DNA of 64,000 nt, taken from assembly GCA_964016885.1 (NCBI GenBank), contig OZ024742.1, forward strand, positions 300,204,001 through 300,268,000. Direction: 5' to 3'. Positions 20,700 through 34,079 of this stretch are shown here, in pieces (the first letter of the stretch is position 1; each line of letters begins with the position of its first letter). The notes under the pieces were generated by a model that was not told the origin of the DNA, searched no databases, and saw nothing but the letters and a program-made list of their open reading frames with translations. The translations under genes and the position numbers were made by a program. This stretch comes from Eledone cirrhosa (taxonomy: Eukaryota).

Positions 20700-23600
20700 T
20701 CTATATATATAAATCTGAGGATGTGTGTATATATAAAACTGAGGACGTATGCACGTCCACAATTTCCAACGGATTCTATTCAAAGTCGGGACAATTATTG
20801 TTTTTGGTCAGGAAAAGGTCATGAGGCAAAAAAATTTCAAATCCATCAACAATAAGGGCAAAAATCGATCATGATCATTCCCCCTCTCTATAATTTAACT
20901 GCTTTGCTCTCTGTCGCTCTTCACTCCCTATATGACAACACTGTAGAGAGAGAAACTGTATGATCAAATGGAGCGTTCCGTATATTCCCTCTCTATAATT
21001 TAACTGCTTTACTCTCTCTGTCGCTCTTCACTCCCTATATGACAACACTGCAGTGGAGCGTTCCGTATTGACATACGGCTTATCTGGGGCATTTTCAATC
21101 GGCTTATTGCAAATAACAACCCGCAAAATAACACTACATATAACAGATTAATGCTATAGACATATGAATCGGAATGTAACCCGTGAACTTTTTCCTGGGC
21201 AAAATTATTCGAACAGACATGACCTCATTGCCAGAGTGTTCAGACTGAAACTGGCTAAACTCATAGCTTTAATAAAAAAAACGGTCAGGTATTTGGGGCT
21301 GTAAAATGTGACCTGTTCACCGTCGAATGGCAAAAACGAGGGCTGCCACATGCTCACATTTTGATTTGGTTAGCTGATAAAATCAATTCAAATGCCATAG
21401 ACAGCTTCATTTCGGCTGAAATCCCTAACCCAGCAACTGACCAGGAATTACATGACATCGTCAAAGCTAACATGGTCCGTGTGCGTTTGGGTCCTAATGA
21501 GCATCACACGTGTCTGAAGGGGGGTGGGTCGTGCAGTAAGGGAAACCCCCAAAAATTTGTTGACCACCAGACGGGAACCCCTGTACAGGCGGAGACGGCC
21601 CGAGAACGGTGACTTCACCACAACAGTAAAGGGAGGTTAAGTCGACAATAGATGGGTGGTCCCTTACTGCCCGCTTCTCTTGAAGATGTTCAACGCCCAC
21701 ATCAACGTTGAGTTTTGCAACTCTGTCAAGTTGATAAAATACATATGTAAATAAGGGCTCTGATGCCGCAATGTTCGCATTTCAAGCTGAAAATAGTAGG
21801 GACGAGGTCGCAGAATACCTGGCAGGGCATTTTGGCGCCTATTTGGTTTACCCCTACACCAACGGCACCCCACCATCGTACAGCTTGCGGTACATTTGGA
21901 AAATGGGCAATGGGTTTACTTTACGGACCAAACCGCCACTAAGTCGCCGCCGATCCGAAAGAGACCACTCTAACGGGTTTCTTCAAACTTTACCAGTTCG
22001 ATACATTTGCGCAAACAATTGTGTACCCCCAGGTTCCATCCTACTTTATATGGTCGAAAAACACTTGGGTGCGAAGAAGTCAGGTCAGGCTGTTGAAAGA
22101 CATCCTGGTGTAAAATTTGACAGCTGTCTTGGATGGGTTTACACTGTGTCCCCAAGTCACCATGAGTGCTTTCATCTCCGCCTTCTTCTGCATGAAGTTG
22201 TAGGCCCACAAAGTTTTCAGGACCTCAAAACTGTTGATGGAGAAATATGTGATATGTACCGGGAAGCCTGCTTTAAGCGAGGTCTTTTGGAAGATGATTC
22301 GCAATGGGATTCCACTTTAGCAGAGGGTGCTTTGTTGAAATCACCTAAAGGTCTACGGGAACACTTTGCAATTTTGCTTCAAAAGTGTGAATTGGGTGAT
22401 CCCCCACCCCCAATAAAAAACGGACCCCCCCCCCCCATTAAAAATGGACACACCCCACTCCCCAAATAAAAAACGGATCCCTCCTAAATAACGGATCACC
22501 TCATAAAAACCGGACCCTTTCCCCCCCCCCCAAATAAAAAACGAACACCCTCCAATAAAAAGCCGAGCCCCCCCATAAAAAACGGACCCCCACCCCCATA
22601 AAAAAAACCCGCCAAATAAATCCTCCCCCCAATAAAAAACGGATCACTCCCCCCAAAAAACGGACACCCCCAATAGAAAGCGGTTTCCAAATAAAAAACG
22701 CCCCATCCCCCAAAATAAAACGCCCCCCCCATAGAAACGGATCCCCCAATAAAAAACGGACCCCCCAATAAAAAACAGACCCCACCAATAAAAAACGCCC
22801 CCACCCCCATAAAAAACGGACCCCCCCCCAAATAAAAAATGGATTAGAAATACCCACCCCCAATAGAAAACGGATCCTCCCAATAAAAAACGGTCCCCCC
22901 CCCTCCACAAAAAACGGACCCCCATAAAAAAAGGATCCCCCCAATAAAAAAACGCTCCTGGGAGTACCGGAAAAAACTTTTGTAACGAAATTGATTCTCG
23001 CTAAGATTCGTCATAAGAAAAAAGTTGCGTTGTCCGTTGCATCGTCCAGGATCGCTGCTACTTTGCTGCCGGGAGGCAGGAGAGCACATTCAACCTTTAA
23101 ACTCCCCTTGGGTTCAGTAAAAACTGAGACACCAACATGCAATATCAGCAAGAGTTCACACAGAGCTCTGGTACTCAAAAGATGTTGCCTCATTGTTTGG
23201 GATGAGTGCACAATGGCACACAAGTGTGCCTTTGAGGCATTGGACAGGACCCTGAAAAACATTAGGGATTCTACGGCTCCTATGGGTGGCGTAACCCTTC
23301 TGCTATCAGGGGATGTTCGGCAAACGCTGCCTGTCATCCCCAAAGGGCCAAGAGCTGATGAAGTGCGTGCCTGCCTTAAGTCGTCCATGTTGTGGCTCCA
23401 GGTGAAGAGTTTGTACCTGAGCACAAATATGCGTGCTCATTTGCATGGTGACAACATGTCTGCAGCATTTGCTCAGAACATTTTAGCACTTGGTGAGGGC
23501 AAGGTCCCTGCGGACGATAAGGGCGGCATAGCATTCGACTTCCTGTGCAACATTGTGAGCAGCCCTTCTGACCTTTTGGAAGCAGTTTTTCCTGATGTCT

Positions 23601-24525
23601 CATCTAACTTTAAAAACCTCGATTGGCTCAGCGAAAGAGCCATCCTTGCTCCGAAAAATACCATGGTTAATTTTATTAACGAGCAGCTGATTGAGAAGAT
23701 TCCCGGTAAAGAGCACATCTTCAAATCTATCGACCGGACGTCAGACCCCGACGATATCATTAATTATCCAGTTGAGTTATTAAATTCCCTTGAGCCCCCA
23801 GGGCTCCCACCTCACATTATTAAGCTTAGGGTTGGCTGTCCCATTATGATAATAAGGAACTTGCGTCCACCAAAGCAGTGCAGCAGTACTCGCATGGTCG
23901 TCAAGTCACTGACACCCCACTTGTTTGAGGCCACCAATGTTTTCATTCCAAGAATGCACCTTTTCCCCTCGGCGTCAGATATCCTGTTCGATTTCCGGCG
24001 ATCCCAATTCCCGGTGAGACTATGTTTTGCCATGTCCATTAACAAGTCACAAGGGCAAACACTGGCGGTGACGCGCATACATTTGAGGGAGCCATCCTTC
24101 TCCCATCGCCAACTTTATGTTGCCTGTTCCCGCGTAGGGAGCATGAATGGACTTTTTGCTTACACTCCTCAAGGGATGACACGCAATATCGTCTACAAAG
24201 AGGTGCTATAGATGTTGGTGCAGGTGTTGGAGCTATGCCGTCTGGAACACTATTTCCTGGTAGGGTATCCCATGGCGGACAGATCTGACACCCAGCGGCA
24301 TCTGGGTCACCATCTTGCGACTTTGGTCTACTAAATTCGCTATTGGAAGATTATTAACCCATCATTGATTGACCAAAATGCTAATTGGTTCGTAACTTTT
24401 AATAAGCGGTTCAACTGCTTTATGCACTTAATTGATAAGCTTATTCGCTTTCAAGCCACGTTTACCTGTATGTAACTTTTCATAGCAAATGAACAAACCC
24501 GAGCAACGCCGCGATAAACTGCTAG
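20700..24525 (+). mobile_element. Helitron copy A (defective RepHel, PIF1-like helicase)
   Basis: A|TCTATATATATAAA start and CCCGAGCAACGCCG..CTGCTAG end. VEWQKRGLPHAHIL, plus the 406-aa helicase ORF 22991-24211 (DECTM, GDVRQTLPV, SINKSQGQT). Confidence 0.95.
22399..22957 (+). repeat. Degenerate C/A-rich ~20-bp minisatellite
   Basis: Variants of CCCCCCAATAAAAAACGGA(T/C). Confidence 0.9.
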
Positions 24526-27500
24526 TCTATATATATAAAGCTGAAGATGTGTGTGTTAAGGTTTGTAACGTATGCATGTCCACAATTTCCAACGGATTCT
24601 ATTCAAAGTCGGGACAATTATTGCTTTTGGACAGGAAAAGGTCATGAGGCAAAAAAACGTTCAAATCCATCAACAATAAGGCCAAAATTCGATGATCATC
24701 ATTCCACCTCTCTATAATTTAACTGCTTTACTCTCTCTGTCGCTCTTTACTCCCCATATGACAACACTGCAGAGAGAGAAACAATGTTTATGATCAAATG
24801 GAGCGTTCCGTATATTCCCTCTCTCTATAATTTAACTGCTTTACTCTCTGTCGCTCTTCACTCCCTATATGACAACACTGCAGTGGAGCGTTCCGTATTG
24901 ACATACGGCTTATCTGGATCATTTTCAATCGGCTTATTGCAAATAGCAACCCGCAAAATAACACTTCATATAACAGATTAATGCTATAGACATATGAATC
25001 GGAATGTAACCCGTGAACTTTTTCCTGGGCAAAATTATCATGCAGACATGACCTCATTGCCAGAGTGTTCAGACTGAAACTGGCTAAAATCACGGCTTTA
25101 ATAAAAAAACGGTCAGGTATTTGGGGCTGTAAAATGTGACATGTTCACCGTCGAATGGCAAAAACGAGGGCTGCCACATGCTCACATTTTGATTTGTTTA
25201 GCTGATAAAATCAATTCAAATGCCATAGACAGCTTCATTTCGGCTGAAATCCCTAACCCAGCAACTAACCAGGAATTACATGACATCGTCAAAGCTAACA
25301 TGGTCCGTGTGCGTCGGGTCCTAATGAGTATCACACGTCTCTGAAAGGGGGGTCGTGCAGTAAGGGATACCCAAAAACATTTGTTGACCAGACTCAGACT
25401 GGTGGCGACGGGTACCCCCGTACAGGCGGAGACGGCACGAGAACGGTGGCTTCACCACAACAGTAAAGGGTGGCCAAGTCGACAATAGATGGGTGGTCCC
25501 TTACTGCCCGCTTCTCTTGAAGATGTTCAACGCCCACATCAACTTTGAGTTTTGCAACTCTGTCAAGTCGATAAAATACATATGCAAATATGTAAATAAG
25601 GACTCTGATGCCGCAATGTTCGCATTTCAAGCTGAAAATAGCAGGGACGAGGTCACAGAATACCTGGAAGGGCGGTACGTCAGTAGCAAGGAAGCTTTTT
25701 GGCGCCTATTTGGTTTACCCCTACACCAACGGCACCCCGCCATCGTACAGCTTGCGGTACATTTGGAAAATGGACAACGGTTTTACTTTACGGACAAAAC
25801 CGCCACCAAGTTGGCCGCTGATCGGAAAGAGACCACTCTGACGGGTTTCTTTAAACTTTGCCAGTTCGATACATTTGTGCAAACAATTGTGTATCCCAGG
25901 TTCCATCCTACTTTATATGGTCGAAAAACACTTGGGTGCGAAGAAAGTCAAGTCAGGCTGTTGAAAGACATCCTGGTGTAAAATTTGACAACTGTCTTGG
26001 ATGGGTTTACACTGTGCCCCCAAGTCACCATGAGTGCTTTCATCTCCGCCTTCTTCTGCATGAAGTTGTAGGCCCACAAAGTTTTCAGGACCTCAAAACT
26101 ATTGATGAAGAAATATGTGATACGTACCGGGAAGCCTGCTTTAAGCGTGGTCTTTTGGAAGATAATTCGCAATGGGATTCCACTTTAGCAGAGGGTGCTT
26201 TGTTTAAATCACCTAAAGGTCTACGGGAACTCTTTGCCATTTTGCTTCATAAGTGTGAATATGGGTCAGGAACAGAGACTTCATGTCTGAGGACTTCCTG
26301 CGCCTGGCTCATCTGCAGTATCCTTCAGTGGAAGTTGGTTACAGTGACATTATCTACAACAGGGCACTCATTGATATCGAGGACGCCCTCCTCGACATGG
26401 GTGGGAGTAAATTGGCGACGTATGGCTTGCCGTCAACCGTCAGAGAGGAAGCTAACACGTTGGCCCCGGATTTGTTGCGAGAAACAGCATATGACATCGA
26501 ATCTCTTTCCCAATACTTAGAGGAAAATGAGCCCAAACTTCTGGCGGACCAAAGGTTGGCCTATTTAACTATCATTGACGCGGTTCAAAATCAGACTGGG
26601 GGTATTTACTTTCTCGATGCTCTTGATGGTACCGGAAAAACGTTTGTAACGAAATTGATTCTCGCTAAGATTCGTCAGGAGAAAAAATTGCGTTGGCCGT
26701 TGCATCGTCCAGGATCGCTGCTACTTTGCTGCCGGGAGGCAGGGCAGCACATTCAACCTTTAAACTCCCCTTGGATTTAGTAAAAACTGAGACACCAACA
26801 TGCAATATCAGCAAGAGTTCACACGAAGCTCTGGTTCTCAAAAAATGTTGCCTCATTGCTTGGGATGAGTGCACAATGGCACACAGGGGTGCCCTTGGAC
26901 AGGGCCCTGAAAGACATTAGGGATTCTACAGCTCCTATGGGTGACGTAATCCTTCTGCTATCAGGGGATTTTCGGCAAACGCTGCCTGTCATCCCCAAAG
27001 GGACAAGAGCTGATGAAGTGCGTGCCTGCCTTAAGTCGTCCATGTTGTGGCTCCAGGTGAAGTGTTTGTACCTGAGCACAAATATGCGTGCTCATTTGCA
27101 TGGTGGCAACATGTCTGCAGCATTTACTCAGAACATTTTAGCACTTGGTGAGGGCAAGGTCCCTGCGGATGATAAGGGCGGCATAGCAATCGACTTCCTG
27201 TGCAACATTGTGAGCAGCCCTTCTGACCTTTTGGAAGCAGTTTTTCCTGATGTCTCATCTAACTTTAAAAACCTCGATTGGCTCAGCAAAAGAGCCATCC
27301 TTGCTCCGAAAAATACCATGGTTAATTTTATTACTGAGTAGCTGATTGAAAAGATTCCCGGTAAAGAGCACATCTTCAAATTTATCGACCAGACGTCAGA
27401 CCCCGACGATATCGTTAATTATCCGGTTGAGTTATTAAATTCCCTTGAGCCCCCGGGGCTCCCACCTCACATTCTTAAGCTTAGGATTGGCTGTCCCATT

Positions 27501-28178
27501 ATGCTAATAAGGAACTTGCATCCACCAAAGCAGTCAAGTCACTGACGCCCCACTTGATTGAGGCCACCATTGTAACGGGGTACGGGAGAGGGGAGAATGT
27601 TTTCATTCCAAGGATGAACCTTTTCCCCTCGGCGTCAGATATCCCGTTCGATTTCCGGCGATCCCAATTCCCGGTGAGACCATGTTTTGCCATGTCCATT
27701 AACAAGTCATCAGGGCAAACATTGTCGGTGGCGGGCATCCATATGAGGGAGCCATGCTTCTCCCATGGCCAAATTTATGTTGCCTGTTCCCGCGTTGGGA
27801 GCATGAATGGACTTTTTGCTTACACTCCTCAAGGGATGACACGCAATATCGTCTACAAAGAGGTGCTATAGATGTTAGTGCAGGTGTTGGAGTTATGCTG
27901 TCTGGAACACTATTTCCTGGTAGGGTATCCCATGGCGGACAGATCTGACACCCAGCGGCATCAGGGCCACCATCTTGCAACTTTGGTCTACTAAATTCGC
28001 TATTGGAAGATTATTAACCCATCCTTGATTGTCCAAAATGCTAATTGGTTCGTAACTTTTAATAAGCGGTTCAACTGCTTTATGCACTTAATTGATAAGC
28101 TTATTCGCTTTCAAGCCACGTTTGCCTGTATGTAACTTTTCATGAACAAACCCGAGCAACGCGGTGCTAAACTGCTAG
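24526..28178 (+). mobile_element. Helitron copy B (defective RepHel), head-to-tail with copy A
   Basis: Starts with TC directly after the CTAG of copy A. Rep motifs EWQKRGLPHAH and KYICKYVNK, Walker A GTGKT, multiple frameshifts; ends CTAG|T. Confidence 0.95.
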
Positions 28179-28346
28179 TATGTATATATATCTGTGTGTG
28201 TCTTTGTGTTTGTGTTTGCGCTCCCACCAATGCTTGTTGGTTTGTTGACGTCCCCATAACTTACCAAGGTGATGCTCCAGCATGGGCGTAGTCAAGAGAC
28301 AGAAAAAAAGTAAAGTGTATATTTATATATATGTGTGTATGTAGAA

Positions 28347-28791
28347 GAGGGGTCTCAAACTGAAGGACATAAAAGGGCCATTATGTCCTGGAGGAAAGGC
28401 ACAGTGGGCCAAACGTGGTGGTGGATGATGATTTTCACTAGTTATAATCATTTCTACCACAGGCACAAGGCATGAAATTTAGGGTTTAGGGTCCCGTCGA
28501 TTACATCGAACCCAGTTCACAACTGGTACTTAATTTATCGATCCCAAAAGGATGAAAGGCAAAGTTGAGATCGGCGGAATTTGAACTCAGAATGTAAAAA
28601 CGGAAGAAGTACCGCTAAGCGTTTCGCCAGATGTGCTAACGATTCCCCAGATGTGCTAACGTTTCGCCAGATGTGCTAACGATTCCACCAGCTCACTGCC
28701 TTATTTTTACCAGTTATAATGGAATCTGAAATATTGGTTCTACCACGAGCCATAGAAAAGTAGTTCGCGGGCCGCATGTTTGAGCCCCCTG
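28347..28791. mobile_element. hAT-like MITE interrupted by a SINE
   Basis: GAGGGGTCTCAAAC ... GTTTGAGCCCCCTG with subterminal GGGCC motifs. Confidence 0.6.
28450..28705 (-). mobile_element. tRNA-derived SINE
   Basis: Minus strand GGCAGTGAGCTGG...GAGTTCAAATTCCGCCGA...GCCTTTCATCC. AGTTATAAT on both flanks; internal 20-bp triplication at 28621-28686. Confidence 0.8.
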
Positions 28792-28927
28792 TTGGAAAGA
28801 TAGATAGCTAGACGTGTACCAAACACACTCACATACACACATTTCTTACTCTCACTGTCTCTCCCTCTTTCTCTCTCTCTCTATATATATATACATATAT
28901 ATCTATATCTATACATATATATATATC

Positions 28928-29155
28928 CAGCTAACTGGACATGCTCACCGACATCCAGAGTTGACATTGCACTCAGTGCTCCTTTGGGAGCCCCTACATG
29001 GACACACTAGAAGAGGAAGACCAAGGTTAACGTATGTTGATGCCCTAAGGACAGACACTGGTCTGTTGGAGACGCAGGACATGGCAGCGATAATGAGGGA
29101 CTGAGACCGCTGGAGAGAACTCGTCCATGGATCTCAGAAATTTTACCCGCCTTAG
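28928..29155 (+). mobile_element. RTE LINE 3' fragment
   Basis: QLTGHAHRH...VLLWEP...[11 protein letters not shown]. Confidence 0.75.
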
Positions 29156-29351
29156 ATATATATATATACATATATATTTATATACATATACATATATATA
29201 TATGTATATATAGACATATATATATATACATATATATATACATATATACATATATATACATATATATATACATATATATATATACATATATATATACATA
29301 TATATGTACATATATATACATATATATACATATATATATACATATATATAC

Positions 29352-29406
<55 letters not shown>

Positions 29407-29483
29407 CATATATATACATATATATACATATAAATATATGTAGACATATACATATATATATGTATATATATATATATGTATAT
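29156..29483. repeat. (TA)n/(TATACA) microsatellite
   Basis: Direct reading. Confidence 0.97.
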
Positions 29484-30047
29484 ATCATCATCAACGTTTA
29501 ACGTCCGTGTTCCACGCTTGCATGGGTTTGGACGGGGGTTTTCCCCACTTGAGGCAAGAGTGATTGTCTTGCTCGCATAGGACTGTCTGGCAGGTTTTCT
29601 ACAGTTGGATGCCCTTCCTAACACCAACCACATTTACAGTGTGGGTCTGGGAGGTTTTTACCGTGTTACCTACACGGCCACATTACAGCGTGGACTGTGT
29701 GTTTTTTTGTCGTGACACCTACACGATCTCATTTGTTTCGGCCTGGATGGTGTGGCACCAACATAACTTTACATAGAAGGGGGCGGTGTGGATGGGGTGG
29801 GGGTGTATTTTGTTAGAGATGCCTACTGACTGTAGTAGGTTTTACTATGTATTTAGGTAAGGCGGGTCTTCTCTGTTACTGAGTACCGCCAAAGGTCTCG
29901 GTCCAGTGACATTGTCTTGGAGAGGTGTAAGTGTGTGAGGTCGGAGTTTATCAGCTCGTCCCAGGTTTTTCTGGGTCTGCCTATTCCGTGGCTACCGTCT
30001 ATCTTTATTGCCCTGCACTTTGTTATACAGCTATCGTCCTTCATGCT
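29484..30047 (-). mobile_element. RTE LINE 3' fragment with (GAT)n tail
   Basis: Same family as 1-478 and 40693-44438. Confidence 0.88.
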
Positions 30048-30485
30048 ATCTTTCACTATTTAGGGTTTGTATAAAAAAATATATTACCATAAAAGGTTTT
30101 ATTACATACATAACCATAAATAGTATCCTTAATACTATATATATATGTATATATATATGTATATATATATATATGTGTATATATATATATAATATATATA
30201 TATATGTATATGTATATATATATGTATATATATATGTATATATATATATATATATAATGTGTATATGTATATATGTGTATATATATATATAATATGTATA
30301 TATATATATATATGTATATGTATATGTATATATCTGTTAGAACACGAAAAGTGTGAAACAACAGAATGTTCACTTTTCGTGTTCTAACATATATGCCTAC
30401 CTTCTTCATAAATTTTCCCGGGATAGCCGTGGTGGTGGTGATCGTATGTCATTGGCTAATTTTCAACCAATCAGAGTAAGTGTTG

Positions 30486-30516
<31 letters not shown>

Positions 30517-31846
30517 CTATTCCCCCTCTCTCTATATATATCTTACGCATTCGCTTTACACTCCTCCCCTTCAATAACACATTTCCCCCTCTCTATATAT
30601 CTCTTCCACTGTTACTTACGCCTGTTTCTCTCTATCTGTTCCGTCTTTATATATATCTCTCTTACTCTTTCGCTTTGCACTCCTCCCCTTCAATACCATC
30701 TCTCCCCCTCTCTATATATTTGTTACTCTATCGCTGCACGCTCCTCTCCTTCAATATATCAATTACACACGCTTTACACTCCTTTATCCCCAGCGCCCCT
30801 ATATATACACCCCCCCTCCCGCATCTATATTTTAATGTTCCGTTGCACCGTGAATATATGTGTCTATATATATATACATATATATTGTATATACACATTC
30901 ATGTATGTGTATACACACTCATGTATGTATATACACTGGTTTTATGTGTGTTATGTGTGTATTGTAAATTTGTACTGTTAAAACACGAAACTAACATTCG
31001 ATTGACACTTTGATTACCTGTACAGGCAATAGTTATTAGAATGCTGTTGAAGTGTGTATATATTTTTGGGGGACATCCTGTATATACACACATTATATAT
31101 AATACAATAAACAGATAAATACACACATATATATATGAGCTTATTTAATTATAAATATTGTGAATTTTTAACTCAGTTCAATTATATATATAAATGGCTT
31201 CTACAGGACTAGAACTGTTTCATTCGAAAGAAATCATCATAATATTGAGAGGGGGGACTAGATAAAATATTTCAAATCAAATGTGTATAAGTTATAAGTT
31301 AAAATGTATAAATAGAGACGATAGTGGAGGTATATCTGTTTAGTGGAACAGTAGACGATAGAATTAAATACAGACGAGAATCTCCCTTTAATGAAACAGC
31401 AGACGATAGAATTAAGGCAATTTAAATTTTAAGCATTTGCATTTCATCGTTACGGGGTCGATAAAATAAAGTACCAGTAATACACTGTCACTATAAGTAG
31501 ACGACTTTCAAATTGAATTGTTGGTTCCATTTCTTTAGTATTTTCAATTGTAGTTATCTACTTAAAAAGCGTTACACGGTTAGAGACATAATTGGTAAGT
31601 TATATCTTCCCTATTAAACCATTGCATTATTTCGCCTACAATAGAACAAAAATGAAATGTTAAAGAAACAGGAATATAACTTTATAAAAAAAAAAGTTGC
31701 ATCCGCTTCTTTTATCATTGATAATTTTTTCGTTTTAATATTAATTGTTTTTTTGTAGTTGTTTATATTAAAAATCTTACTGTAATATTTACTTAAACGA
31801 AGGCAGACATCTAAACTTATAGATTAATCTTGAGCGAAGGACTAGA

Positions 31847-31920
<74 letters not shown>

Positions 31921-31921
<1 letters not shown>

Positions 31922-32875
31922 TAGACATGAAAAATGCGCAAGCTCAAAAGTGCCACAGAATGTTATAATAAACCTTCAAAAGTGTGGGACTAGAGTTGTT
32001 GCTAAAAAATATTGTAATCATTATATATCGTACATTCTGTGGCATCCTTTATAAAAATAGCTTAAACCAACGAAGCCTTTATTTTTACGCTATTTCACTT
32101 AGTTAATTCTTAGAGTGTAACATATAAAAATATGATTTACAACTATAAAATAAATTAATTAATATAATAACAGAGCTGCGGAGCTGAAATTTAGGAAATA
32201 ATGGAGTATCGGATCCTGAGTTGGAGCCAGTCAATTTTTGACCGACTCCGCAGCCCTGTATAATACATTTCATATTAAAGTTATTAATAAACCTATTTTA
32301 CACTTCATGCAAATTACCACGAGATATTGATATTAGATATAAGATACAGCGCAATATCTACAGCTGTAAAAGTACGAAAGCGAAGTAATAATAAGTGGCT
32401 TACGGTAATTCCAATATGAAAGTTTGTAGTGATAAAAATGTGATAATGCAATTCGATTGTTAATATTATAGTTCTATGAAAATGTAACAATAGATAACTA
32501 AATTATTTTACTATTAGTATATTTAAGAAATTATCATTATAGATTTGATCGTTCATATAAGCATCATATTAAGTTTCAACACAATTATTTTGTTACTATG
32601 AGTATATGATAATAATATTACGTAATTATTTATAGCTGTTATTACATTAAACATAGATGTATTTATTTTTATATGTTACACTCTAAGAATTAACTAAGTG
32701 AAATAGCGTAAAAATAAAGGCTTCGTTGGTTTAAGCTATTTTTATAAAGGATGCCACAGAATGTACGATATATAATGATTACAATATTTTTTAGCAACAA
32801 CTCTAGTCCCACACTTTTGAAGGTTTATTATAACATTCTGTGGCACTTTTGAGCTTGCGCATTTTTCATGTCTAG
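31921..32875. mobile_element. Fold-back element with 212-bp terminal inverted repeats ending in CTAG (second copy at 38500-39455)
   Basis: 31921-32132 pairs with 32664-32875. Confidence 0.6.
32171..32258. mobile_element. Small hAT-like MITE (mirror copy near 39117-39204)
   Basis: CAGAGCTGCGGAG...CTCCGCAGCCCTG with 8-bp flanks TATAATAA / TATAATAC. Confidence 0.65.
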
Positions 32876-33469
32876 TTTAATATTTTTTTAAGGCAACGCT
32901 TGTAATAACTCTAGTTAAACAGGATATATATTAATAATAAATTATCGTTGTAATGTAATTAGATTATGTAATTGTTATTATAAATTATCTTATAAATATT
33001 AGTGTAAGATGTATAAAAATATTTTCAGACTTTTAATATAAACAACTACAAAAAACAATCAATATTAAATCAATATATTATACATAATAGAAAACATAAA
33101 ATATACAATACAAAAACAAAATATTTACATACATTTGCAATTATCAGTGTATATACATTTTCTTTATAATCCCTGAGCAAATTAATAATATTTGTTTTTA
33201 TTGTACATAATTTGATGACTTGTTGGAGTGTATTAAAAGATAGCAACAATTTGTGATTAAATTGTTATCTTAAGCAACTCACTTTTTAATAGTTGTTGGC
33301 TGAGCGAAATTGTAAAAGCCTATGAGCAAATATAAAAAAAAATACACAAACAACATTTCCTTGTGTTATTACAACATTAGATAAAATAATTGAGCAATGT
33401 CGTTATATTTTGCTCTTATTGCACATTAATAGTGTTTCTATTTTTCGGCACAAATCCATTACGGCAGTC

Positions 33470-33598
33470 CATTACTGGTACTTTATTTTATCGAATTAGT
33501 AAGTATGAAAGTCGAAGTTAACCTCGGCAGGATTTGAACTTAGAATGCAAAGGACCATAACAATACTGCAAAGCATGGTGTCTGACGCTCTACCAATA
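33470..33598 (-). mobile_element. tRNA-derived SINE fragment (mirror copy at 37777-37905 +)
   Basis: GTTCAAATCCTGCCGAGGTTAAC...CGATAAAATAAAGTACCAG. Confidence 0.7.
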
Positions 33599-33990
33599 CT
33601 TGTGTTGAGCTGGTCATTAATTTATGGTGGTCGTGCGTGGAGTAGAGCAATCGCTAGTTGAAATATTATGAACAAAACATTTTTATTTGCCGAAGAACAT
33701 ATTTTCAATACTGTTTGTGAATGTGACGAAGGAAATACATTCTGATATGGAACAGTGTACAAAGTGTGTCTGTGAATAACATAATGTTACCTCATGTTGT
33801 TGTCAAGACATAATGGATTTCGTTTATCCAGTTAGAAGATGAAACCTAGCCATCTCGGATTAGTTATATTTCATGCCATGTGTAAACGTGTTTGAGGATA
33901 GCAAAATATGCGCGTTAATTATAATAATTAGTTAATAATATTACAAAATATACCTAATTAAACTCTTTGCTTGAAATTTTATCATTCTTC

Positions 33991-34079
<89 letters not shown>

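Noticed and set aside
22496-23089. Gly/Phe-rich minus-strand ORFs
   Set aside because: Translations of the minisatellite.
28621-28686. 20-bp direct repeats resembling a mini CRISPR array
   Set aside because: No spacers, lies within a SINE, eukaryotic context.
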